Assembly: GCA_044222475.1 (NCBI GenBank)
Contig: JBGANF010000125.1
Coordinates: 1-18,232 of the forward strand
Length of the DNA stretch: 18,232 nt
Source of the DNA: Polyangiaceae bacterium
Lineage (GTDB): Bacteria > Myxococcota_A > Polyangia > Polyangiales > Polyangiaceae
Direction: 5' to 3'
The position numbers and the translations under genes are program-made. Below the pieces are notes generated by a model. It searched no databases and was not told where the DNA came from. It worked only from the letters and a program-made list of their open reading frames with translations. Positions 1 through 7,416 of this stretch are shown here, one piece after another; within the stretch, counting starts at the first letter, position 1; each line of letters opens with the position of its first letter.

Positions 1-855
1 CTTCGTCCCCCGTGTCGTATCGAGGCGGACGATCCGCTGGTTGCCGGTATCGGCGACGTAGAGGAAGTTGTCCTCCGCGTCGAAAAAGAGGTTGCTCGGC
101 GTCCCGTCCGCCGCGCCTCGGACCTTACCCTGGGCGTAGCGGTAGATCTCCCCGTCGGAGTGATCGTCGTTGCCTGGGCCGTGGTCCTTGCCGAAGTTGT
201 ACTTGTCGAGCGACTTCTCGTTCGCGTTGAAGACCCAGTACCAGTTGCCGGACTGGTGGGCGATCCCGCGGCAGAACGGCGTATTGTGCAGCATATCGAG
301 GTGCGAACCGAGTTGGGTCACACGCTTCGCGAAGACCGAGAGGTCGGCGCTGAACAGCGAAGGCCCGACGAATTCGTTGGGCTCGCCGTTCGGATCGTTC
401 TGGCTGTTGTCGTTGTCTCCGCAGGTCGCCCAGGTGTTGTTGTCGCCCATCGCGAGCGCGGGCGGCTTGTGCATGAAGTGCGCGGCTGCCGGATCGTGGA
501 GCTTCTTCCACGTGGGGGCGTCCGAGCTGGCCGCGGTGCCGACGTGAACGGTGTCGTCACCCGAGCCGATGACCCAGAGCTCGTCCTGGCGCTCGGGATG
601 GAACGCGAGGTCGACGAGCTTCGACGCCGCGTTCGTCTGGTACATCTCGGTGAGCGTGACGGACGCCGCCGTCCCATCGCCGCGGCCGATCTCCGTTCCC
701 TTCGCTTGCTCCCCGCATGACGCAGCAGCGGTGCACTTCCCGGAGCCCGGATCACCTCCGGTCGGAGCCGGCGACGAGGAGGACGACGAACACCCGGCCA
801 CGGCGAGTACGGCGAGCACAGCGGCGACAGACGAAAGGGGCGAAAGACGATTCAT
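1..855 (-). CDS. Lipoprotein with His-rich, probable beta-propeller (NHL-like) domain; 3' end runs off the window
   Basis: Not in the ORF track because there is no stop inside the window. Manual translation from ATG 855 gives MNRLSPLSSVAAVLAVLAVAG-C (lipobox), a Ser/Pro/Gly linker, then motifs DLAFHP, AAHFMHKP, SHLDMLHNTP, DHGPGNDDHSDG and an NHL-like FLYVADTGNQRIVRLD. The frame is open to base 1 with GC-rich third codon positions. Confidence 0.85.
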   Translation of the reverse strand, partial: MNRLSPLSSVAAVLAVLAVAGCSSSSSSPAPTGGDPGSGKCTAAASCGEQAKGTEIGRGDGTAASVTLTEMYQTNAASKLVDLAFHPERQDELWVIGSGDDTVHVGTAASSDAPTWKKLHDPAAAHFMHKPPALAMGDNNTWATCGDNDNSQNDPNGEPNEFVGPSLFSADLSVFAKRVTQLGSHLDMLHNTPFCRGIAHQSGNWYWVFNANEKSLDKYNFGKDHGPGNDDHSDGEIYRYAQGKVRGAADGTPSNLFFDAEDNFLYVADTGNQRIVRLDTTRGTK

Positions 856-913
856 GCTTGGCTCCGAGGCGCGCGTCGTAGCGCCGTACGGTCGCGCTCG
901 CAAGGCGATCGAC

Positions 914-932
914 CGTAACCGCCGCGGTCACG
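914..932. promoter_or_regulatory. 19-bp quasi-palindromic operator, copy 1 (CGTAAC-CGCCGCG-GTCACG)
   Basis: Near-perfect inverted repeat 58 nt upstream of the ATG at 855 (- strand). Same motif as five other intergenic sites. Confidence 0.7.
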
Positions 933-1108
933 CGACACGTCGCCACCGGATTGCCGGCGAGGTCTCGGTGCCGGCGTGCGCTTGCGCTTGCCTCGCGATA
1001 GTCCGTCACGGCCCGATCGTCGCTTGCAGTCGAGGTGTCGGGCGCCTTCCACGCAATTCTCGCGCTTTTCGGTGCTCAAGCGGAACTCGCGTCACTGGCA
1101 CCCTCGTC

Positions 1109-1127
1109 AGTGACCGCGTCGGTTACA
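1109..1127. promoter_or_regulatory. Operator copy 2 (reverse strand TGTAAC-CGACGCG-GTCACT)
   Basis: Lies 39 nt upstream of the kinase ATG at 1167. A -10-like TAGAAT follows at 1150-1155. Confidence 0.7.
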
Positions 1128-1166
1128 GCCCACCGCCCCAGCACCCCTCTAGAATGCTGCGCGCAG

Positions 1167-2654
1167 ATGGCCAGGTCGCGGAAGATCGCTCGTGCTCGGG
1201 GCCCGCGTGTTTCGACGGGTTGGCGTCTCGGTGCGACGTTCGCCGGCGTGCTCGTCCTCTTTGCAGTGGCGCTCCTTGTGGTGCTCCCGGCGATGGGCGA
1301 GCTTGAGCATGCTGACCACGACGTGGCCGCCGTCGATCGCGCGAAGCACGACGGGCACCGCGTCGCGGCGCTCGTCCGCGAACAGTACATCCATCAGGCG
1401 CACACGATCATCGAGTGGAACCGCAGCCACCTGGACCACTATCGACAGATCGCGGACACGACGAGGAAGTCGACCGAGGACCTCACGGCGCACGCTGTTT
1501 CCTCCGAGGAGCACATGCTGGCCTCGGAGATCGCCACGCTCGTGGCCAAGAACGACGAGGACTTCGTGAGGGTCACGCTGCCAGCCATCGATCGGGGGGA
1601 GCGCGACGAGGTCGTTCGCCTGCACGCCGAGACGGAGCTCGTCGTCGGCCGCGTCGCGATGCTCGTGCGGGAGCTGAACGATCGCTTCGAGTCACGCAGC
1701 GACGTTGCCCGGGTCCGAGCCGAGCAGGAGCGAGCACGGGTACGCGTCACGCTCCTGAGCTGTTTCGGCGCCGCCGCGCTGCTCGCCGCCGTCGCCGCCA
1801 TCCTGACGACCCGCTCGATCGTGCGAAGGGTCTCCGCGCTCCGTGAAGGCGCTCGGCAAATCGGCGACGGGGATCTCTCCCGGCGGATCCAGCTCGGGGG
1901 CAGCGACGAGCTCGCGGAGCTCGCGCGCTCGTTCAACGACATGGCCGCGCGACTCGACCGCCACCAGCAAGACCTCCTGCAGTCGCAGAAGCTGGCGTCC
2001 ATCGGCCGGCTATGCGCCGGCGTCGCGCACGAGATCAACGGCCCCCTCGGCATCATCCTCGGGTACGCGAAAGTGATCCGGAGGCAAGGGGCGGACGACG
2101 AGGCGCTCGTCGCGATCGAGGACGAGGCGAAGCAATGCCAGCGCATCGTTCAGGCGCTCCTCGACATGTCGCGGCAGGACACGCCCCGGTTCGCGCCGGT
2201 TGACCTTGTGCACCTCGCACAAGACGGCGTCGATCGTCTGAACGCGACGGGGAAGCTCGCGCGCCGCGAGGTGGTGGTGAAGCACGCCGATCGCCCGGTG
2301 CTCGCGCTCGGTGACGAGGCGAAGCTGCGCCAGGTCGTGCTCAATCTCCTGACCAACGCCGCGGAGGCAACGCCTGACGGCGGCACCATCCGCGTCGAGG
2401 CGAGGGTGCGGAAGAGGAAGGCGATCCTGACCGTGTGCGACGATGGTCCCGGTATCTCCGCATCGACGAAGGCGCGTCTGTTCGAGCCGTTCTTCACTAC
2501 GAAGGACGCCGGGACCGGTCTCGGTCTTGCCATCGCGCGGGCGATCGTCGAGGCGCACCGCGGCGACATCCGCTTCGACGCCGTCGAAGGCGGAGGCACG
2601 CGTGTCGAGGTCAGCCTCGAATCGGCGCCCGAAGCGCTGGAGGGGTTCGCATGA
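1167..2654 (+). CDS. corS: Membrane sensor histidine kinase (TM - His-rich periplasmic domain - TM - HAMP - HisKA - HATPase), CorS-like, probably copper-responsive
   Basis: Two hydrophobic segments flank a domain with 11 His (QYIHQAHTII, SHLDHY). HAMP motif DELAELARSFNDMA, H-box VAHEINGPL, N-box NLLTNA, and DDGPG / FFTTK / GTGLGL. ATG 1167 preferred over GTG 1035, whose extension crosses the operator and -10. The symbol rests on recalled similarity to M. xanthus CorS plus copper context and is unverified. Confidence 0.85.
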   Translation: MARSRKIARARGPRVSTGWRLGATFAGVLVLFAVALLVVLPAMGELEHADHDVAAVDRAKHDGHRVAALVREQYIHQAHTIIEWNRSHLDHYRQIADTTRKSTEDLTAHAVSSEEHMLASEIATLVAKNDEDFVRVTLPAIDRGERDEVVRLHAETELVVGRVAMLVRELNDRFESRSDVARVRAEQERARVRVTLLSCFGAAALLAAVAAILTTRSIVRRVSALREGARQIGDGDLSRRIQLGGSDELAELARSFNDMAARLDRHQQDLLQSQKLASIGRLCAGVAHEINGPLGIILGYAKVIRRQGADDEALVAIEDEAKQCQRIVQALLDMSRQDTPRFAPVDLVHLAQDGVDRLNATGKLARREVVVKHADRPVLALGDEAKLRQVVLNLLTNAAEATPDGGTIRVEARVRKRKAILTVCDDGPGISASTKARLFEPFFTTKDAGTGLGLAIARAIVEAHRGDIRFDAVEGGGTRVEVSLESAPEALEGFA

Positions 2655-4036
2655 AGCGCGGACGTATCCTCGTCGTCGATGACAAGGAGAACTTCCTGGC
2701 GCTCTTCCGCCGGCTCGCGCCCCCGGATCTCGAGATCGTCTGCGCATCGGACGGCACGAAGGCGCTCGAACTGCTCGCGCAGGGACCCTTCGACGTCGTC
2801 GTGAGCGACATCCGCATGCCGGGCGCGGACGGGATGACCGTCCTCCAGAAGATCCGAGAGAGCGGCATGGACGTCGAGGTCATCCTCATGACCGCGTACG
2901 GCACGATAGAGGACGCGGTTCGCGCCATGAAGTACGGCGCAGCCGACTACCTGACGAAGCCGTTCGATCCCGACGACGCGATCTCTGCAATCGAGCAGGC
3001 GCTAGAGCGCCGGCGCATGGCGTCGCAGCGTAGGCCGCAAGCCGCGAAGAGCATCGCGGGCCCACGCTTGCTCGGCGAGAGCGAAGCGATGAAGCATGTC
3101 TTCGAGCTGATCGATTGCGCAGCGCAATCCGATGCCATCGTCCTCGTGACGGGCGAGAGCGGCACAGGCAAAGAGCTAGTCGCGCGCGCGATTCACGCCA
3201 GGAGCCCGCGTGCTTCGCGCCGGTTCGTCCCGGTCAACTGCGGGGCGCTTCCCGAGAACCTGATCGAGTCCGAGCTCTTCGGGCACGTCCGCGGCGCCTT
3301 TACGGGAGCCGTCGCGAACAAGCGCGGGCTCTTCGAGGAGGCTGCGGGAGGCGTGCTCTTCCTCGACGAGATCGGTGAGCTCCCGCTCGCCGTCCAGGTG
3401 AAGCTGACACGTGCCCTCCAGGAACGCGCGGTGCGACGCGTTGGAGGCACCGAGGAGCAGAGCATCGATGTCCGCGTCATCGCGGCGACGAATATCGATC
3501 TCGCGCGAGCCGTCGAAGTCGGGCGTTTCCGCGAGGACCTGTACTACCGCCTGCACGTGCTTTCCATCGCGCTACCGGCTCTACGCGAGCGCCGAGAGGA
3601 CATCCCGCTGCTTGCGGACGCGCTCCTCGCGCGGGCGGTCGCCGCTTCCGGAACGAGACCGCGAGAGCTCTCGCCGGAGGCCATCGATGCGCTGCTCGCG
3701 TACGAATGGCCGGGGAACGTGCGGCAGCTCGAGAACGCGCTCGCGCGGGCGGTCGCGGTATCGACGAGCGAGGTCCTTGGGGCGGACGCCCTGCCAGCAG
3801 AGATCCGCCGCGATGCGAACGCGCCGCGGAGCGAGCAGCCACTCACGTCGTTGCCCTACCGTGAGGCGATCGCGGTCGAGCGCGATCGTGCGACCCGCGA
3901 GTACCTCATCGGTCTCCTGCGCGAGGTGCAGGGAAACGTCACAGCCGCCGCCGAGCGTGCCGGGATCGAGCGTGAGAGCTTCCACCGGCTGATGAAGCGG
4001 CACGGCGTACGAGCCGAAGACTTCCGCGCGAAGTGA
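2651..4036 (+). CDS. corR: Sigma54-dependent NtrC-family response regulator (REC - AAA+ - Fis-type HTH), CorR-like
   Basis: ATGA overlap with the kinase stop. Receiver motifs VVDD, DIRMPG, KPF; Walker A GESGTGKE; intact GAFTGA; LFLDEIG; WPGNVRQL; C-terminal HTH GNVTAAAERAGIER. Symbol inferred from pairing with the CorS-like kinase. Confidence 0.9.
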   Translation: MKRGRILVVDDKENFLALFRRLAPPDLEIVCASDGTKALELLAQGPFDVVVSDIRMPGADGMTVLQKIRESGMDVEVILMTAYGTIEDAVRAMKYGAADYLTKPFDPDDAISAIEQALERRRMASQRRPQAAKSIAGPRLLGESEAMKHVFELIDCAAQSDAIVLVTGESGTGKELVARAIHARSPRASRRFVPVNCGALPENLIESELFGHVRGAFTGAVANKRGLFEEAAGGVLFLDEIGELPLAVQVKLTRALQERAVRRVGGTEEQSIDVRVIAATNIDLARAVEVGRFREDLYYRLHVLSIALPALRERREDIPLLADALLARAVAASGTRPRELSPEAIDALLAYEWPGNVRQLENALARAVAVSTSEVLGADALPAEIRRDANAPRSEQPLTSLPYREAIAVERDRATREYLIGLLREVQGNVTAAAERAGIERESFHRLMKRHGVRAEDFRAK

Positions 4037-4440
4037 CCCGGGGCCCGTCGCCGGCGCTGGTCTGCCTTCGCACATGATCTGGGTCGCGCTCGCGACGGGC
4101 GCGCCCCCCGCATGCTGCGAAGCGCCGCCGGCGGGCAGCTCGACGTCGACTCGGCCGCCGCTGCTGCTCGCGGTCAGGCGCAGCGGCGAGGGCGTGAGCG
4201 CACTGACCGCCGTCGTTGCGCCGTCGCTAGGTTGGATCGAAATGGCGCGGTGGCATCTCGGCGTCGCGGGGGTGTAGACCGGTCTCGCCGCCACCCTCGG
4301 CTGCGTCGCGCTCGCCCCCGCCCCGAGGTTCGTTCGGATCACGACCGCCGCGTCGCGGGGTGTCGCGTCTCGCAGCGGCGCGTCGTGAACGAGCGGCGAC
4401 GCAGGCGGCGGGCCTCGCGTGTCCATCGCGACTTTCACTC

Positions 4441-4456
4441 CGGCGCGCGGCTTGCT
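4441..4456 (+). promoter_or_regulatory. Sigma54 (-24/-12) promoter
   Basis: CGGCGCGCGGCTTGCT has GG (4442-4443), exactly 10 nt, then GC (4454-4455) within TTGCT. RBS GAGGAG follows at 4478-4483 and ATG at 4488. Confidence 0.6.
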
Positions 4457-4487
4457 CGTGAACGCTCGGCCCGCGCCGAGGAGTCTC

Positions 4488-4895
4488 ATGAAACGTATCG
4501 TGCTGCCGTGCGTCGCCGTGCTCGCTGGCTGCGCGCACGAAGAGCCGTCGCAGACGATCGTCGTTCATCCGTCGCCCGTCGTCGTCGATGCGCATACCGC
4601 GCCCGAAACGCCGATCGCGGGTGGAACGTCGCTCGGCCCTGCGCCGTCGCACATCCAGGTCCTCCCATCCAAGCGCCCGGATCGACCAGCGGAGGTCGTG
4701 GGGATCGTCGACGCACACGTCCCCATGGGCGACCACGATCGCGCGCTCGCGGTCCTCAGGCAGAAGGCCGCCGAGCTCGGGGCCGACGCGGTGATCGGCG
4801 TCGACTTCGCCCATGGCGAGGGCCACGGCGGCGAGCCGATTCATCTCTCGGGTCTGGCCATCCGTTACCTCCGACGTCCCCTCGCGGCGGACTGA
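4488..4895 (+). CDS. Lipoprotein with one YbjQ-like (putative heavy-metal-binding) domain
   Basis: RBS GAGGAG; lipobox VLAG-C; YbjQ-like core LRQKAAELGADAVIGVDF...SGLAIR with His-rich loop HGEGHGGEPIH. Confidence 0.75.
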   Translation: MKRIVLPCVAVLAGCAHEEPSQTIVVHPSPVVVDAHTAPETPIAGGTSLGPAPSHIQVLPSKRPDRPAEVVGIVDAHVPMGDHDRALAVLRQKAAELGADAVIGVDFAHGEGHGGEPIHLSGLAIRYLRRPLAAD

Positions 4896-4913
4896 CCGAA
4901 GGAGAGCTCTCCG

Positions 4914-5528
4914 ATGCGACTCTTGCCTGGCACGACCGGCGTCCTCGTCCTCTTCGCGTCCGTTGCCGGATGCATGCCGCCTCATCACGCGGCCGAGCAC
5001 GGAGTCTCCAGCGGTCATGGCGCTCACGCGCAGCGGCGCATGCGCATACCGGACCCGCAGCTCGAAGAGGCTGCGCGGAGCGTCCGCGTGATAGCGCGGG
5101 ACGACCTCGGGTGTCGCACCGAAGTGCTCGGACTCGTCGACGTTCACGAAGACGTCGCCAGCAGCGAGCAGGCGCTCGGCGAGCTCAAGCTCCGCGCCGC
5201 CGAGCTCGGCGCCGAGGCCGTCGTCGGTGTCGACTTCGAGCATGGTGACGGGCACGAAGCGACGCATCTGTCCGGGATGGCGGTCCGCTGTCGCGATCTC
5301 GTCCGCGGGCGCGCGTACGACGTGCTCGGCTCGATCGAGGTCCCGGGAGCCATGGGCAACGAGGACGAGACATTCCGCCGGCTGAAGCAGCGGGCGCTCG
5401 ACCTCCGCGCGGATCTCCTGATCGACGTCGCCTTCGATCACGGCGAGGCCGGGCGCGGGCCGACGAAGCTCCGCGCGACGGCCATTCGTTTTCGCGGCGC
5501 GACCTCCGCCGCAAAGGCCGTGCAGTAA
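4914..5528 (+). CDS. Lipoprotein with two tandem YbjQ-like domains
   Basis: RBS AAGGAG; lipobox SVAG-C; His-rich N-terminus PPHHAAEHGVSSGHGAH; repeats LKLRAAELGAEAVVGVDFEHGDGH and LKQRALDLRADLLIDVAFDHGEAG. Clear paralogue of the upstream gene. Confidence 0.75.
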   Translation: MRLLPGTTGVLVLFASVAGCMPPHHAAEHGVSSGHGAHAQRRMRIPDPQLEEAARSVRVIARDDLGCRTEVLGLVDVHEDVASSEQALGELKLRAAELGAEAVVGVDFEHGDGHEATHLSGMAVRCRDLVRGRAYDVLGSIEVPGAMGNEDETFRRLKQRALDLRADLLIDVAFDHGEAGRGPTKLRATAIRFRGATSAAKAVQ

Positions 5529-5551
5529 CACCTTTCGACCTCACGACGAGC

Positions 5552-6823
5552 TCAATCGGTGAACGCCGCGGTCATCACCTTCAAGCCTGCCTCCATGACG
5601 GCCCAGGTCGCACCGGCGTGGAACGGACGCCCGTGCGAGAATCGCTCGGGGATCGCAGCGCCGAGCATCTTCTTACCGACGCGCCACACCGACCCGGTAC
5701 CGACTCGATACCGATCGAGAGCGTCCTCGCGCACGGCGACCGGCATCTCGGGATCCCCGGTGAGGGCCAGGGGTACTTGAGCAAATGTTGCTTTGTCGCC
5801 CTGCTCCATGATGCACATGCTCACGGCGTCGAATGCGGCGGAAGGTTGCTCGCCGAGGACGCGCTCGGCGATGTGCTCGCCGACGGCATCGGCCTGCAGC
5901 AGCGCCAGGAAGGCCTGCTTGACGGGAAAGTCGCTGGCGTCGCCGACGGCATAGATGTCCGGGTGCCCGTCGACCTGGCGTGTGCGCGGGTCCGCGTGCA
6001 GAAAGCCTCGGTCGTCGGACGGAAGCCCTTCGTATCGTTGCGCGGCGACGTACGGCGGGAACGACACGAGCAGATCGAACGACTCCACCGAGCCGCCAGC
6101 GAAGAACACGCGCCCCGGCTCGATCGCTTCTACGATCGCGTCGTTCGTGCCGACTATCCCGCGCTTCGTGAACTCCTCGGTCACGTATTCGTGCAGACGA
6201 GGCCCGAAAGCCTGGATGAAGCCATGCTCGTATGTCGCGTAGCGGATCTCTACCTGTCGACGCACGCCGTGCCGACGCAGTCGGGTATCCACCATGAAGA
6301 CGAGCTCATAGAGCGGTCCCGAGCACCTGTTGTTGGGAGGCACGAGGAAGACGATGCGTGCATGCGCGCCCCTAGACACGCGGTCCAGCAGGGCACGTAG
6401 CGACGCGCCGAGCCGCTCCATGTCGGCCGGGCTCCAGATGGAGCTCGCATGCTCCGCAAGCCCTGGAATTTCGCTCGGACGCATGGTCGCCCCAGTCGCA
6501 ATGACGAGCTGGTCGTATGCGACCGGACCGGCGGAGGTCGTGACTGTCTTGCGAGCCGGATCGACGGCGTGCGCTTGTCCTCTCACGAAATGGATGTGGC
6601 GCCGATCGAAGACGGGCGCGATGGGAAAAGTGAGCTCGTGGAGCGGCGTGCCGAACGGTATGTAGATGGTGTTCGGCTTGAACAGAAACTCGTCGGCGTC
6701 CGACACGACGGTCAGGTGGATACGTCTTCCGACGCGTTTACGGAGATAGAACGCAGCCTCGAGCCCACCGAAGCCGGACCCGAGAACCACGACTTTGGGA
6801 GCCGAGATGGGTTGGGGCGTCAT
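5552..6823 (-). CDS. FAD-dependent oxidoreductase, sulfide:quinone oxidoreductase (SQR)-like
   Basis: ATG 6823 (MTPQPISAPK). Rossmann motif VVVLGSGFGG; YDQLVIATGA; IYAVGD; two Cys at SQR-like catalytic positions (RCSGPLYE, SMCIMEQG). Confidence 0.8.
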   Translation of the reverse strand: MTPQPISAPKVVVLGSGFGGLEAAFYLRKRVGRRIHLTVVSDADEFLFKPNTIYIPFGTPLHELTFPIAPVFDRRHIHFVRGQAHAVDPARKTVTTSAGPVAYDQLVIATGATMRPSEIPGLAEHASSIWSPADMERLGASLRALLDRVSRGAHARIVFLVPPNNRCSGPLYELVFMVDTRLRRHGVRRQVEIRYATYEHGFIQAFGPRLHEYVTEEFTKRGIVGTNDAIVEAIEPGRVFFAGGSVESFDLLVSFPPYVAAQRYEGLPSDDRGFLHADPRTRQVDGHPDIYAVGDASDFPVKQAFLALLQADAVGEHIAERVLGEQPSAAFDAVSMCIMEQGDKATFAQVPLALTGDPEMPVAVREDALDRYRVGTGSVWRVGKKMLGAAIPERFSHGRPFHAGATWAVMEAGLKVMTAAFTD

Positions 6824-6927
6824 GGATCGTGTGCGAGTCGCAAACGGCGTGCCCTCGCGTAGAGGATCATCAGAGAGGCGTGCGCGGCGATGGCGCTGTT
6901 CGGTCGAATCGACCGCGGCAGCGGCAC

Positions 6928-7284
6928 TCAGCAACAGGCGCTCACCTCCTTCGCGTAAGCCACCTCGGGCTTCTCGACAGTCGCGGCCAAGCGCTCGACG
7001 TGTGAAGCGGCCTTGCTCTTGATGAAGGCGCTGAGCTTGAGGATGGTGTCGCGTTCTTCCTGCGAGATGCCTACGCGTGCGGCCGCCTCCAGATGAGCCT
7101 CGAGGCTCGTGACGCAGTTGACGCCGAACGCGGCGCCGATGCAGACGAGCTCCTTCATGCGATCGGGCGCATTTTCGCGCTCGGGGATCGGGGCCTGCTT
7201 GCCTTCTCGGAGGCGCTCGAGCCCGTACGCCTCCATGATCTCCGCTGCGCATCGACGCACGGCCAGAGCATTGGTCGTCTCCTG
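6928..7284 (-). pseudogene. Carboxymuconolactone decarboxylase/AhpD-family gene, apparently 5'-truncated
   Basis: KELVCIGAAFGVNCVTSLEAHLEAAARVGIS is a CMD-type helix motif, and the protein ends SACC. Upstream ALAVRRCAAEIM looks like the tail of a first CMD repeat whose start is missing. There is no good start/RBS; an internal ATG at 7236 would give 102 aa. The 5' boundary is approximate. Confidence 0.55.
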
Positions 7285-7398
7285 CGTCGGTATGCCATCG
7301 CGCTGACGTCCACGCTCTCGCCCGATCTCTCCTTTGCCACCGCGGACGGGCAGCTCGGGCTCCGGAACGCCAAGATTGAGAGCGGCGAAGTGAACTAG
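7285..7398 (+). pseudogene. Possible C-terminal fragment of an unrelated gene
   Basis: Protein-like stretch RRYAIALTSTLSPDLSFATADGQLGLRNAKIESGEVN* with GC-rich third positions, ending 18 nt before the next start and with no start codon of its own. Confidence 0.3.
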
Positions 7399-7416
7399 TC
7401 GCGTACGATCGGGGAC

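Noticed and set aside
972..986. CGGCGTGCGCTTGCG as a sigma54 promoter for the kinase
   Set aside because: GG-N9-GC, one base short.
4074..4277. Small plus-strand ORF (67 aa) after the response regulator
   Set aside because: No RBS and no recognisable motif; it cannot be distinguished from chance.
6925..6936. Cys-Cys-TGA as possible selenocysteine read-through
   Set aside because: No convincing SECIS-like hairpin or protein-like continuation, and terminal Cys-Cys is common in metal/thiol-binding proteins.
6824..7252. N-terminal extension of the 566-aa SQR ORF (apparent fusion)
   Set aside because: Arg-rich off-frame read-through of the CMD gene; the Rossmann motif begins right after ATG 6823.
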